A stretch of 64,000 bases of DNA, taken from the human T2T-CHM13v2.0 reference genome, Homo sapiens. Of the stretch, positions 25,913-40,214 are shown one piece after another. Position numbers and translations under genes: made by a program. The notes beneath the pieces were generated by a model, which saw nothing but the letters and a program-made list of their open reading frames with translations, was not told where the DNA came from and ran no database searches. The stretch is taken from positions 3,168,001-3,232,000 of the forward strand of contig CP086569.2 in assembly GCA_009914755.4 (NCBI GenBank), in the 5' to 3' direction. Position 1 is the stretch's first letter. Every line of letters starts with the position of its first letter.

Positions 25913-27425
25913 TTCTTACCTTCACTACTTTCTGGAAGAGTTTGTGAAGATTGGTATTATATACTTTAAAAATGTTTAATAAAAGTTGGTGATAAAGCCA
26001 TCTGGGCTTGAAATTTATTTGTGGGTATTTTTAAAATTATTACTAATTCAATCTTTCCACTTGTTTTAAGTCTATTTTTATTGCTTATTACTTTCTGCAC
26101 TAGTTTCAGTAGTTGGCGTCTTTTTAAAAATTTGCTAATTTCATCTAAGTTATCTAATTTTCTGGAATACAATTGTTTGTAGTGTCTTTGTAATCATTTT
26201 TGTTTCAGTGAGGATGGCAGTAATATCACCTCTTTCAATTCAGACTGTAGTAACTTGAGTCTTCTCTCTTATTTATTTTGGTAAATCTAGCTAAAGATTT
26301 CTCAAATTTGTTGATTATTCCAGAGAATCACTTTTAGGTTTTATTAATTTTCTCTGTTTTATCTAGCCTCAATTTCATTAAAGTTATGCTAATCTTTATT
26401 ATTTTTTCCTCCTCCTTGCCTTAGTTTTAGTTTGCTCTCCATCCAGTGTCTTTAGGTGGAAGGTTGGTTAATTTGTTTGAGACATTTCTTTTTCTTAATA
26501 TAGTGACTGATAAAATTCCCAGTAAGCACTGCTTTCACTTAGTCTCATAAGTTTTATGATATTACATTTTGATTTTCATTCATCTCAAAGTATTGTCTGA
26601 TTTCCTTTTTTTTCTTCTTTGACATAATCATTACTTAAGAGTGAGTACTCTGATTTCCATATATATATGTTTTCCAATTTTTTTCTGTTATTAATTACTA
26701 ATTTTATTCCATTCTGGTGGAAAAACATGCTTTATATTATTTCTGTTTAAATTATTGAAGCTTGGTTTTGGCCTAGCATATTATCTATGCTGGAGAATAT
26801 TCCATGTATACATTGAGAAGAATGTATACTCTGTTCTTAAGTGAAGCACTCTATAGATACCTGTTGAGTTTACTAAGCTTATAGTCTTATATTTCATTGA
26901 TGATATTCTGCCTTGTTGTTCCATCTACTGTTGAAGGCGAAGCATTAAAAACTCTGTTATTGTTGAATGATCAATCTCTCTCTTATTCTCTGGCAGTTTT
27001 TGTTTTATGCATTTTAGCGCTCTGTTTTTAGATGCATTTCCATTTATAATTATTTTTCTGATAGATTTATACATGTTGGTTATTATTAAATACCCCACTG
27101 TATTTCTAGTAAAATTTCTTAGTCTATTTTGTCTGATAGCAGAATAGACACTCCAGCTTCTTCTTGCTTTTTTGTAATACATATTTTCCATCATTTTACT
27201 TTTATTCTCTTGTAGTTTTTAATCTAAATTATGTCTCTTATAAGCAGCACATTGTGTAATCAGGTATTTTTATACAGTCTATCTCTGCCTTTTGATTGGA
27301 TTAATCTATTTACATTTAATGGTACTATTAATAATTGGATTGCATCTGCCATTTAATTTCTGCTTTCTCTGTCATCTGTATTTTTGTTATTTTTGCATTA
27401 AGGGAATATTTGCTAATTCAGAAAT
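25913..27425 (-). mobile_element. Ancient L1 ORF2 (RT N-terminal region through endonuclease domain), antisense
   Basis: gtgataaagccatctgggcttgaaatttatttgtgggtatttttaaaattattactaattcaatc matches antisense L1 (cf. ccagtgaagccatctggtcctggacttttctttgttgggag...). ...gtggaaggttggttaatttgtttgagacatttctttttcttaatatag and ...ccagcttcttcttgcttttttgtaatacatattttccatcattttacttt match antisense L1 EN/RT sequence. It is probably the same element as 23280-24900, interrupted by the Alu and ~700 bp of unassigned AT-rich DNA. Confidence 0.65.
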
Positions 27426-27700
27426 GAATAGGCAATTTAATAGCAATAGATGGGAATGTCAACACTCCACATTCAATAAGAGATGGAGCAACTAGGTTCA
27501 CGATCAGCCTACAGATATAGAAGACTTAAGTAACACTATCAAAAACTGTGGCTTACTTCCTTTCTATATGGTACTCCACATAAAATAATAGAATACACAT
27601 TTAGTTTCAAGATTACACACATGTGACCATACATCACAATTAAAACAGACTCGGACTTTATATTCCACTGGGTAAATTTGATTTCTGTATGTGTTTAATA
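27425..27700 (+). mobile_element. L1 ORF2 endonuclease-domain fragment, sense orientation (orientation flips relative to the preceding L1 segment)
   Basis: aatagcaatagatgggaatgtcaacactccacattcaataagagatggagcaactag ... gacttaagtaacactatcaaaaactgtggcttacttcctttctatatggtactccacataaaataatagaatacacatttagtttcaagattacacacatgtgaccatacatcac parallels sense L1 GDFNTPLS..LNDL..DIYRTLHP..EYTFFSSAHGTFS. Confidence 0.5.
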
Positions 27701-30085
27701 CATTTGTGCTATATTTTTGAGTTATTTTTATTGATTTGTCAAGGGTTTATTATACAGAACTTATCAGAATCAACTTTAGATTTAGGGTACCTTAATTACA
27801 CTGAAATATAAAAATATTACTTCTATATTGCTCTGTCTCTTCTTCCTTATTTGTGTGTTACTATTTTTCTACCTATTATACAAATATAGTCACAAACTTT
27901 AAAATTATTACTTCATGTAAGTCTTTTTAAAAATGAGACGAGAAATTATAGTAAATATATATTATAAAGTTTGTTATATTACCCTTATTAACCATTTATG
28001 GTCCTTTTCATTTACTCCTATGTACTTGAGTTACCATCTTTTGTCATTTCCCTACTGTAATACAGATTTTCTTTAATCCACCTTCTTTGTGTTATGTTAG
28101 TGTTAGATATATTGCATTTCTATATGTTATAACCCAACTACTTTTTTTCTGTTGGAATGCCCTAAAGGTATCAGTTAGTTTTTGATGGTGTTGATATTTG
28201 TTTGTCAATAACATTGTTAAAGACTTCTATAATGCTACTAATTTTCTACCTAGTTGCCTTATCTGTTATTTGGTGTGCAGTATTACAGTTCTTAGCTACT
28301 ATTATTGAATTGCCTATTTATTTATGTATGTATATATAAAAAAATAAACCCTTCTCCTGCAACTTAAACAGCGTAGGTATCAACTTGTTTGTTCACCATT
28401 AAGTTTATTATAAGTAGAGTACTATACAAAATTATACTAGCACTATGAGTGTAAGTATGTCTGGCCATTGATCAGATTCATAATATGTGAAATTTTCACA
28501 ATAGGCAAAATAAATACTTGTCTGAAATAAAACATTTTTAAAAGCCAAAATAAATGGTCCTGGAAAAACTAATTTTTTAAAAATATATACTTTGTTTTCT
28601 ATTTGGATAAATGTACATGCCAGTATATTCCACGACTTGTGTTATTGATGATAAAGAAATGATGGCTGACAACGAATTAGCAAAAGTTTTTTCAAGAATC
28701 ATTCTTAGCAAAACTGAGGCATCTTCAAAAGATATTTAAATAGCTCAGACTTTTAATTACAAGGGATTTTTTGAATATATATTCCACTGTGCTATACTTT
28801 TCTGAGCTAATTTTTGAAAGCTATAGCATTAGTTATATGACACAAGCTATTAGCAAGGCATATTTTGCTAAAATCATATTTATGTTAAACTTTTATGTTT
28901 ATATCGACATGCTCACTGAGTGCCATTATCATGGTATCATGTGAATCACTTCCACACAAGCTCATCACATAGAACAATTAAAACTTAGCCAATCTGCAGT
29001 GTCAGCATAATGTCAGTTTAGCATTTTTCAGTGGTTTGGGTTTTTTAAGCCTGTTCAGCACATGTGTCTAATTAAGTGTATTCTGAGTTCTACAGGAATG
29101 ATATTTTCATAAAAATAAAAATTAATATTATAACTATAGTAAAACATTGCAGAATGCTACTTTTTCTACTGATATACTTTTACACTATTTGGTGAAAAAA
29201 TATTCAATATCAAGTAAACTATAAAAAGTACATAGTCACTACAGCTCAAATACACAGTAAAACATAGAATGAGTCAATCAAAAACATAACAGGTTTAGGT
29301 TACCATTAACATTTTGAACATCTACTAAGTTAGGCACAAGAGAAAATGGATAATTAGTCACTGTTCTGTAGAGAAAATTCTCCTTTCGTGTTTATACAAT
29401 AATTAGTATTAACTCATCACATGAAGCACAAAATAAGCTTCAATTATCCCATTCCTAATTCTAGATTTATATGAAGCAAAACAGAAATTAATTTTTTGGG
29501 CCACAAAAGCCTCTGGGTGTCACGATATGCCTATGGTGATAGTGTGATGAGTTTATGCTAACTGTTCATTACCAGAGTAACAAGGAAGAATTTGTCTCTA
29601 TGATCTGTCTTAGAAGAAGTTCTATATTAGTAAATATGTTTTCCCATTATTTACGAGATGATAGATAAGGGGCATTTATAATGTCTCTAGATGTCTTTAA
29701 CAACGATTAGTTAAAAGAAAGGTAAAGTGCATAAAATGTGCTTTTGTCTCAAGACCAGAATTTTAAGATGCTCATGCAAAACCTGAAGAAAGGCATTAAA
29801 TCTAGGAAAGTCCTGAATTTGAGCTTCACATAGGTTATTACTATCAAATGATTCCACACTTGAAAATTGACTTTGCTTGCTTTTATAAACATTACACACT
29901 GAAAAATGGAATATTTTAAATCTGTACTTTCTGGTATCTCTAGGAAGCATTTATAAATCAACTATAGGAAATAATTGTCCAATAAAGATCATAAGAAATT
30001 ATTATAATATTGGGTCACAATTTTTCAAACTTGACATAATCAGTAACTATAGTCAAAGGTTATCTGCACAAAAAAATGAATGCAG

Positions 30086-30414
<329 letters not shown>

Positions 30415-30854
30415 TTAATAATTAGTTTTTGATAATACAGATACACATATTCAGGACAACAACCTCAAAATAATTTTGCTTTTTTTTTATGTTGTTGTTC
30501 CTCTCTCATAGAAGAGCAACTACATATCTATATGTATGCATTACAGCTTACATGCTTCCTGTACTCAACTCAGCACTGTGCTGAAAGCAGCTTATACTGG
30601 CTAGCAAGCATAGAATGTTAATTTATAGACTTTTTTAAAGCTAGTTGTTAAATACATCCATTATTATAAATCAAATTGTATAAAATTAAAATTTAATTAA
30701 ATTAAAAACAAAGTTTAACAGATGAGCGACAATTCCAGAAGGGTAGCATAAAAAGCTCTATAGACCCTTTCCCCAGTGAAACAAACATAATTTGCGAAAA
30801 TTATTTAAAATCAGCAATTTCAATCTGTAGAAACTGTCCAAAGAGCATACAGAA

Positions 30855-30975
30855 AATTTTATATATACACATATGTGTATATATTCACACATATACATAT
30901 ATATTTATGTATATAAATACATAAGGAAGCACTTAAGTATATATACACACATATACATTTATATATTTAGCATAT
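30855..30975. repeat. (TA)/(CA)-rich low-complexity region
   Basis: atatatacacatatgtgtatatattcacacatatacatatatatttatgtatataaatacat...atatatacacacatatacatttatatattt. Confidence 0.6.
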
Positions 30976-31639
30976 ATTTAAGAAAATATACTAAATATTG
31001 GAAAGAGTCATGATAGTCTGAGATATTTGGACCATAACACATTCCTTCATCATATTGCCATGTCCTTTTCAGTGTGTTGAAATTCTACTGTGAGGTAGGG
31101 GAAGGGGTCCAACCAACAACACATGGCTACTTCTCTCCTTCCCTTCCAGTCTAAGGCCACAACATCTTTCTAAGAGGAGAATGATGCTAAAAATTTTCAT
31201 TCCTCTTCAGGTCCATCTGGCTAAGAGATCAGAGGTTTTGTTCCTGTACCCAGCCCCCATTCATATGGCCGGAGCTTTATCTATCCCAGTTTCAACAAGA
31301 TGAGCTTTCTTAGAGGGCATAGGTTCCATGCCAAGAGAGATAAGCTGAAAAGACCAGAATCTACCCAAACTGCCCATTGGCCTGCTTATACAGCCAGAGT
31401 ACCACTTTGAGAGGAGGATTGGCAAAAATATTTTGCCCAGGAGAAGAGGCAGTCCATAAGACAGAGTTGTGTATTTTTTTCCCAAGGGCACTGACTTTAC
31501 CTGGAACAGAGCTGGGAAGCTTAAATCTAAAATAGCAATAGAAAACAATGGAGATTTTTGGTAGTAATCAATTAAGAGGAGGCTAGTAGTTCTAAGAACG
31601 CAACAAGCTAAGTTGTACACCAGCTAGAAGTTTACCCAG

Positions 31640-32413
31640 GTGAAATGAGGAAAAGAGAGACTTTAAAAGAAGTTATTCTAAATATAAGATTATATTGTCT
31701 GCAAACAAGATTTTTTACTTCTTCCTGGCCAATTTGGATGCTTTTTATTTCTTTCTCTTGTCTAATTGCTCTGTCCAGGACTTACCGTAGTATGTTGAAT
31801 AAAAGTGGTAAAAGTGGGCATCTTTGTGTTGTTCCAAATCATAGAGAAAAGGTGTTCAATTTTTCCCCATTCAATATGATGCTAGCTGTGGGTGTGTCAT
31901 ATATATGTCCTTTATTAGGCTGAGGTAAGTTCTTCCCATACACAGTTTTTAGAGAGTTTTTATTATGAAGTGATGTTGAGTTTTCTCAAATGATTTTCTG
32001 GCATGTACTAAAAGGTTCAAATAGATTTTTCTTTGATTCTATTAATGTGATTTATTATATTTATTTATTTGCATATGTTGAACCATTCATGCATCCCTGG
32101 GATAAATCCCACTTGATTTTGGTGAATTATCTTTTTAATGTGTTGTTGAATTTGATTTTCTAGTATTTTGCTGAGGATTATTGTATGTATGTTCATCAGG
32201 GATATTGGCCTGTAGTTTTCTCTCCTTGTTATGTCTTCGTCTGGTTGTAGTATCCGAATAATGCTGGCCTCATAGAATAAGTATGAATGTATTCCTTCCT
32301 TTTGAATTTCTTGAAACAGTTTGAGTAGAATTGGCATTTTTTTCGGTAAGTGTTTGCTATAATGAAGCAGTGAAGTCATCAGGTCCTGGACTTTTCTCCA
32401 GTGCGGGACTCAA
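31640..32413 (-). mobile_element. L1 ORF2 reverse-transcriptase fragment, antisense (inverted arm of a twin-primed L1)
   Basis: Antisense L1 RT sequence: tattgtctgcaaacaagattttttacttcttcctggccaatttggatgc (cf. catctgcaaacagggacaatttgacttcctcttttcc), ...gcatatgttgaaccattcatgcatccctgggataaatcccacttgattttggtgaattatctttttaatgtgttgttgaatttgattttctagtattttgctgaggattattgtatgtatgttcatcagggatattggcctgtagttttc. ORF 32065..32379(-) translates to [47 protein letters not shown], which is L1 ORF2 RT. Covers roughly ORF2 aa 490-700. Confidence 0.75.
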
Positions 32414-33115
<702 letters not shown>

Positions 33116-33353
33116 GCTGGGTGTGGTGGCTCATGTCTGTAATCCCAGTACTTTGGAAGGCCGAGGCGGGCAGATCACCTGAGGTCAGGAGTTTGAGACA
33201 AGCCTGGCCAACATGGTGAAACCTTGTATCTACTAAAATTAGAAAAATTAGCTGCGCTTGGTGGCAGGTACCTGTAATCCCAGCTACTCAGGAGGCTGAG
33301 GCAGGAGAATCGCTTGAACCCGGGAGGTAGAGGTTACAGTGAGAGGTTACAGT
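33116..33353 (+). mobile_element. Alu element sense, 3'-truncated, with an internal 12-bp duplication
   Basis: ggctgggtgtggtggctcatgtctgtaatcccagtactttggaaggccgaggcgggcagatcacctgaggtcaggagtttgagacaagcctggccaacatggtgaaacc...gaacccgggaggtagaggttacagtgagaggttacagtg, then antisense L1. It lacks the terminal ~45 bp and A-tail, and no target-site duplication is visible. Confidence 0.85.
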
Positions 33354-35322
33354 GGGGAAAGGACATGCTATTCAACAAATGTCCATAACCCATCGAGTTG
33401 ATTTTTGTATAATCCATCTTGAGTTGATTTTTCTATAAGGTGAGAGATGAGGATCCAGTTTCCTTCTCTTGCATGTGGCTAGCCAATTATCCCAGCATCA
33501 TTTGTTGAAAAGGGTGTCCTTTCTCCACTTTATGTTTTTGTTTGCATTGTTGAAGATCAGTTGGCTGTAAGTATTTGGGTTTACTTCTGGGTTCTCTATT
33601 CTGTTCCATTGGTCTATGTGCCTATTTTTATATCAGTACCATGCTGTTTTGGTGACTATGGCCTTACAGCATAGTTTGAAATCAGGTAATGTGATACTTC
33701 CAGATTTGTTCTTTCTGCTTAGTCTTGTTTGGGCTATGTGGGCTCTTTTTTGGTTCCATATGAATTCTCAAATTGTTTTTTTCTAATTGTGTTAAGAATG
33801 ATGGTGACATTTTGATGAGAATTGCATTGAATTTGTAGATTGCTTTAGGCACTATGGTCATTTTCACAATATTGATTTTACCCATCCATGAGCATGGGAT
33901 GTGTTTTCATTTGTTTGTATTGCCTATGATTTCTTTCAGCACTGCTGTTCCTTTATCCCAGAGGTTTGGATATGTGGTGTCTCTATTTTCATTCATTTCA
34001 AAAATTTTTTTGATTTCAGTTTTAATTTTGTTTACCCAGATGTCATTCAGAAACAAATAGTTTAGTTTGCATTAACTTATGTAATTCTGAGAGTTTCTCT
34101 TGGTATTGATTTCTAATGTTATTTCACTGTGATCTGAGAAGATAATTGATGCTATTTTGATTTTATTAAATTTATTGACATTTACTTTATGTCCAGGTAT
34201 ATGGTTGATTCTGTATGATATTCTATGTGCAGGTGACAGAAACACATATTCTGCTGCTGTTAAGTGGAATGTTCTGTAAATATCCATTAGGTCCATTTTG
34301 TCTACAGTCCAGTTTATGTTCACAGTTTCTTTGTTGATTTTCTGCCTCAGTGATATGTCCAGTGATGTCAGTGTGGTGTTGAAGTCTCCCACCACTATTG
34401 TTTGTGATCAATCTTTTTTCATAGGTCTATAACTACTTGTTTTATGAATCTGGGTGCTCCAGTGTTTGATACATATATATTTAGATAGTTAAATCTTCTT
34501 GTGGTTTTAAACCCTTTACCATTATATATATAATATCCTTCTTTACCTTTTTTAATTGTTGTTGGTTTAAAGTCTGTTAGATATGAGAATGGCTACTCCT
34601 GCTTGCTTTCGTTTTTCATTTTCATGATGTGTCTTTTTCTACCATTTTACTTTGAGTTTGAATGTGTCGTTAACCAGTAGGTAGGTGTCACATGGACAGT
34701 AGATGGTTGGTTCTTATTTTTAAATTCAATTTCCCACTCTGTATCTTTTAAACAGGGCATTTAGGCCATTTACACTCAAGGTTAATATTGATAAATGAGG
34801 TTTTGTTCCTGTTGTACTGTTGTTAGCTAGTTGTTTTGGAGTTTTAATTGTGTAATTTATAGGATCTGTGAGCTTTGTCCTTACATGGTCTTTTCTGATG
34901 GTGAGTATCGTCCTCTCATTTCCATATTTAGAATTCCTTTAAGTATTTCCTATGGGACTGGTCTATTGGTGACAACTTCTTTTAGAATTTGTGTGGCTGG
35001 GAAATACTTTATTTCTACTTCATTTATGACGCTTAGTTTGGCAGGATATACAATTCTTAGCTGATTTTTTTTCTTTAAGGAGGCTAAAAATAGCTCCCCA
35101 ATATCTTTTGGCATGTAAGGTTTCTACTTAAAAGTATGTTGTTAGTCTAATCGATTTTCCTTTATAAGTGATTTAACCCTTTTCTCTAGCTGCCTTTAAG
35201 ATTTTTAAATTTAGTGTTTACCTTGAATAATACAGTGACTATATTCCTTGATAATGTTTGTTTTGTATAGCCTCTTGAAGGCATTCTGTGGATTTCTTGT
35301 ACTTAGATGTCTACCTCTCTAG

Positions 35323-35792
<470 letters not shown>

Positions 35793-37699
35793 TTGTTTCT
35801 TTATTTTTATCTGACTTAGTTGAATTACCCATCTTCAAGTTCTGAAATTCTTATGCTTAATATGGTGTATTGTCAAACCTTTCAACTGTAGTTCCAAATT
35901 ACATAAGTGATTCTTTCATTTCCAAAAATTCTGTTTGATTTTTAAATATATTTATCTCTTCTATTTCTCAGATTGCTTTTGTTTCTATGTGCTGATTTTA
36001 AACCTTCTCTTGGATTTCTTTGAGTTTCCTCACAATCCATACTTTGTATTCTTCATCTATCATTTCTGAATATCCGGTTTGGTTAGGATCCATTGCTAGA
36101 GATCTAGTGTTATCCTTTGGTGGTCTCACAATATTCAGTTTTTTCATGATGCCAGGATTTACACTGATTCCTCATCTGCAAAGGCTGGCATTCCTTGTTT
36201 TTGAAATTATTTTCTTTAGGATAGGATTGCTTTTTTCCTTATTTCTTTTTCATCCTTCCCCAGAGAGTGTGACTATAACGTATGTTGAGGAGGACCTTTT
36301 GTCTTTGCTTCTGTAGACCTGTTGTCTTTTATTGGCAGGTTTTATATGAGGCTGTGCAGTTCGAAGTGCAGGCCACTAGGTGGTGTTTATGGGAAAGAGC
36401 CAGCTGCAACACAAGCAGATATGTATGCACTTTGTTGTTTCCTGTGAGATGCTCTCTGCTGTTTCCTGTGATGGGCTGAGTAGTGGAGTGCACAGTGCCC
36501 GTAGCTTCCTGTTTAATCGAGGGAGGGTGACAAAGCTGAGCAGAGCTGGATCCCCTGGCATGCTTACGAGTACTTCAGTGATGGGTGCAGGCACCAGCCC
36601 TGATGGGGGTGGCCAGGAGTCTTTGAGGTCTCTGCAGGAAGTGAGGGGATGGCACTGGCTCCATACCCTGGATAGGCTAGAGCACGATCTGTTTCCCAGT
36701 AACACCCTTGTCCCATGGCTCATGACTGTCAATTTAGAGGCATACTGTTGTCTATCTTTAAGCCACAGTAAATGCCTGTATTGTTACTGTTAAGCCAAAA
36801 TATGTGAGACAGGTCTCGGTCAATTTAGAAAGTTGATTTTGCCAAGGTTAAGGACACACCCATGACACTTCCTCAGGGAAGTCCTGATGACGTGTGCCCA
36901 AGGTGGTCGAGAGTACAGTTTACTTTTACACATTTTAGGGAGACATGAGACATCAATCAATATGTGCAAGATGTACATTGGTTCAGTCCAGTAAGGCGGG
37001 ACAACTCGAAGTGAGGGCTTCCGGGTTAGAAGACAAAAGGTTGCATTCTTCTGAGTCCTTGTTCAGCCTTCCACTGAATACACAATTTGGCCTGGCTCGG
37101 TAAATCTGGATTTTTACATAAACAACAGGGCAGAGGAAGCAATCAGATATGAATTTGTCTCAGGTGAGCCTCAGAGGAATGACTTAGAGTTCTGTCTGTC
37201 CTATGTCTAGAAGGAATTTCCTATGGCGAAAGAGTGAGGAAAGTATGTAGCTTCTTATCTTTATAGCTGTCTTATTTAGGAATGAAATGTGAGGCAAGTT
37301 TGCCTGAAATAGTTTTCAGCTTGACTTTTCTCTTAGCTTAGTGGTTTGGGGGTCCTGAGATTTATTTTCCTTTCACATTACTCTCTGTGGGAGTGGCTTC
37401 AGTTTGGAAGTCCTTCACTCAGTACAATACAGACAGCTATATGGCTTGCCTGTTCTCTGATTTGGTAACAGTACTGATGTGTATAGAGAGGTCTCTATTT
37501 TTTTGGCCCATGTAGATGGGCATCAGTTGTGGAGGTGTCAGGTGGTTGAGTTGGCTTGACCTAATGCCCTGTGGGAAGTGGTCTGGTGGCAGAACTGTTG
37601 GACTGGGCTAGATTGTCCCATAGTTCACAGGTCCTTACATTGCCTGCTGGTTAGTGTCTATGAGTCCTGAAGAGGCTGGACCAGGCAGGGTTGGGCTAG

Positions 37700-38500
37700 C
37701 CCAGAGTTCAGATGCTGGCTGTGATGAAGAGGGGTGGGCTGGTCACTGATCACCAGCAGAACTGTCAGGTTGTGGGGTTACACTTTCAGGAGAAATGCTC
37801 AGGTGAAGGCAGGGCAGCAGTGCTGTGGGCCTTTAACTGCAGAGACCAGGTCCCCTCAGCTGGAGCAACAGAGACTGGCAGCTGTGGGGTGTGTGGCACA
37901 CTTGCACTTCCCTCCTACAAAAGTAGCTCTGGGTTTTATTAATACTCTTGGGGGCATGCACATGTGCTGGGCCTCCTTGCTCTCTCTCTGGCCCTGGAGT
38001 GGCAAGGACTTAGCCTGTGGCTGTGGCAGCTGCAAGGGGCTAGTCAGCGACCTCTGGGAGTGTGCTCTCAGAGGAACACACAGCCACAGCTGCAGTGTTC
38101 AGATGAAGGTGGGGCAGGTGCACTGGAGGCCTAAAGATGACAAGGCCCATTTGGCAGGAAGCAGTGAAGGTGGGGAGCTGTGGGGCATAAAATCTGTTGC
38201 TGTTCTGTACCTCATCTGCAGTTATCTGTGCTGACAGTGCCAGAATGTGTCCAGCCTCCCCATTCCCTCCCTGGCGTAGGGGCAGCAAGGGTGGAGGCAG
38301 CTGTAAAGGGCTTGTCAGTGACCTCTGGGAGTGGTGCTCTCAAAAGAATGCTGAACTGTGGCCAGTGTTCAGATGGAGATGGTATGGGTGTCCTTGGGGC
38401 CAGAAGGTGGCAAGCCTCATTTGGTAGGGAGCAGCAGAGTTGGAAAGTCACGTGGTGCACAGTCTGGCTGCTCCACAATACCATGGATGTAGTTTCTATC
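37700..38500. repeat. At least three tandem GC-rich ~250-290-bp units within the L1 5'UTR
   Basis: Recurrent blocks: ...ctgtggggtgtgtggcacacttgcacttccctcc / ggctagtcagcgacctctgggagtgtgctctcagaggaacacacagccacagctgcagtgttcagatgaaggtggggcaggtgcactggaggcc / ggcttgtcagtgacctctgggagtggtgctctcaaaagaatgctgaactgtggccagtgttcagatggagatggtatgggtgtcc. These produce the overlapping spurious ORFs 37734..38234, 38180..38548, 38040..38288(-) and 38212..38484(-). Confidence 0.6.
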
Positions 38501-38955
38501 TTTGGGGTACATGAAAGTACCTGGTCTTTCTCTTTGGTGGGGTGGTGAGTAGCTGACAGTGGCCTACTCAGGGATCAAAAGCCTGTGGGATTCCATGTGG
38601 GCTTGAACGGTGCCTCTACAGTGTTTTCAGGTGGCTCTTGTGTTTTTCTGGTGGCCTGGGGGCATTGAGGGGACTCTCCCATGACTAGGATTGTAAAGGT
38701 CCATGGTGGAGGTGTGTATCACTGCTGGTGTCTCACTCACCCACCCCTTTCCCACCTTTGAGATCCTCTCTCGGCTCTGCACCTGTCCTGAATCAGTGGT
38801 AGTCTGGCTGCACACTTCTTGGCTTTCTGTGGGTCCCATCACTTACCTGGTGAATTTCAGTCTGCTCTATGAGATGATGTACTTGAGGTCTTGCTATTTA
38901 CTTGTTATTTGGGCTTATCTTCGTAATAAAGGTAAATAAATGCTTCTAGTCAGCC

Positions 38956-40140
38956 ATATTGAACCAGAACCTCTCAAGATTCATATCTGGAAACACTTCA
39001 CACACCCCCACACACCTTTTTGGTCATACCCACAATCTCTTGTATGATTTCTTTGATTGGCTCGGTTTTAAATCTGTGAAGTCATGCACAACGTCTGAAC
39101 ACAATTTTCTCCAGCAGAAATTTATTGTTTCAAGCTTGATACCTTTGGTGGCTTTTTTTAGTAACGATAATGGCATCTTGAATGGTAGATTTTTATCATC
39201 TTCTATTAGAATTATTTTCCATACAGTTGACAATCCTTTCCTTAGAGAACCATGAGGCTTATAGATCCCTATGACCCCCTAATCTGGAGGCTGAATTGCA
39301 AACATTATTTTGGGGGCAATTAGACCACTTTTTATACATTCAGTCTTGAACAACTAGGGTTCTGGGTGGCAACGGACATTGTACAATATTATAAGAACTT
39401 TAAAAGGCAGTCTCTTTTTGGTAAGGTACTTTCTGACTTCAAGGACAAAGCCTCAAATGATTAATAGAGAAAAAAGATTCTTATTGTCCCAGCCTACTTG
39501 TTTTACAACCAAAAGACTGGCAACTGGTATTTATCTTTTCCCTTCAATGCTCCAGGGTTAGCAACATTATAGATAAGGGCAGTCCTTATCATAAATCTGA
39601 CCATGTTTACACAAAACAGAAGAGTTATACTATCCTATCTCTAATCCTCGTACTCACCTCTCTTTTATCCTAATGAATGTCCTTTTGTGGCATTTTATTT
39701 CAGAATAGGGTACTTTTGTGTGCACTAAAAACTCATTCAGGTAGATATACTTTGTCCTCAATGATTTTCTTAATGGTAGCTGGGACCTGGTCTGCTTCTA
39801 CTAGGTCAGCAGAAGATGCTTCTCCTCTTTTCTTGATATTTTTAAGCCAAAATTTCTAAAAATGTTTTAAGCCAGAATTTGTCTTTCTGAAGTTATCAAA
39901 CCATTTCTTGCTGGTATTAAAATTTTCAGCTTTAGATCCTTCATCTTCCTTTTGCTTTAAGTTTTCATATAATAACTGGGCTTTTTCTTGCATTGTATTA
40001 GAATATTTAGATGTGCCTTTCTTTTAGCAGTCCTTCACTCACATAAAAGCTGCATATTCAACACAAGATAAGGTATTTCTCAAAAAGGCAAGCTTTTGGG
40101 ACTTGCTGGTATAACTACACTGATGGCTTCAACTTTTTTT
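38956..40140 (-). mobile_element. Possible pogo/Tigger-like DNA-transposon remnant (low confidence)
   Basis: ORF 39024..39233(-) translates to ...KATKGIKLETINFCWRKLCSDVVHDFTDLKPSQ. This is reminiscent of the conserved Tigger/pogo transposase segment ...AIKNIRDSWEEVKISTLTGVWKKLIPTLMDDFEGFK. The call rests on weak peptide-level resemblance only. Confidence 0.3.
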
Positions 40141-40214
40141 TTTACAATGATCCTTAAGTTTGAGTTATTAATCTTGAAATGTCAGGCAAGCACAGCTGCA
40201 GACCTCAACTTATA

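Noticed and set aside
37700-38500. Tandem direct repeats (here and at 17790-18520 / 54470-55400) as a CRISPR array or other prokaryotic repeat system
   Set aside because: The units are 250-370 bp long, diverged, contiguous without short unique spacers, and sit inside recognisable L1 5'UTRs. CRISPR repeats are 24-48 bp with spacers of similar size. The host sequence is primate.
37734-38548. Cluster of overlapping 76-166 aa ORFs on both strands (37734..38234, 38180..38548, 38040..38288-, 38212..38484-)
   Set aside because: They lie in GC-rich tandem ~250-290-bp units of an L1 5'UTR. Overlapping ORFs in all frames on both strands are the expected artefact of GC-rich, stop-codon-poor repeats. 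There is no codon periodicity or protein similarity.
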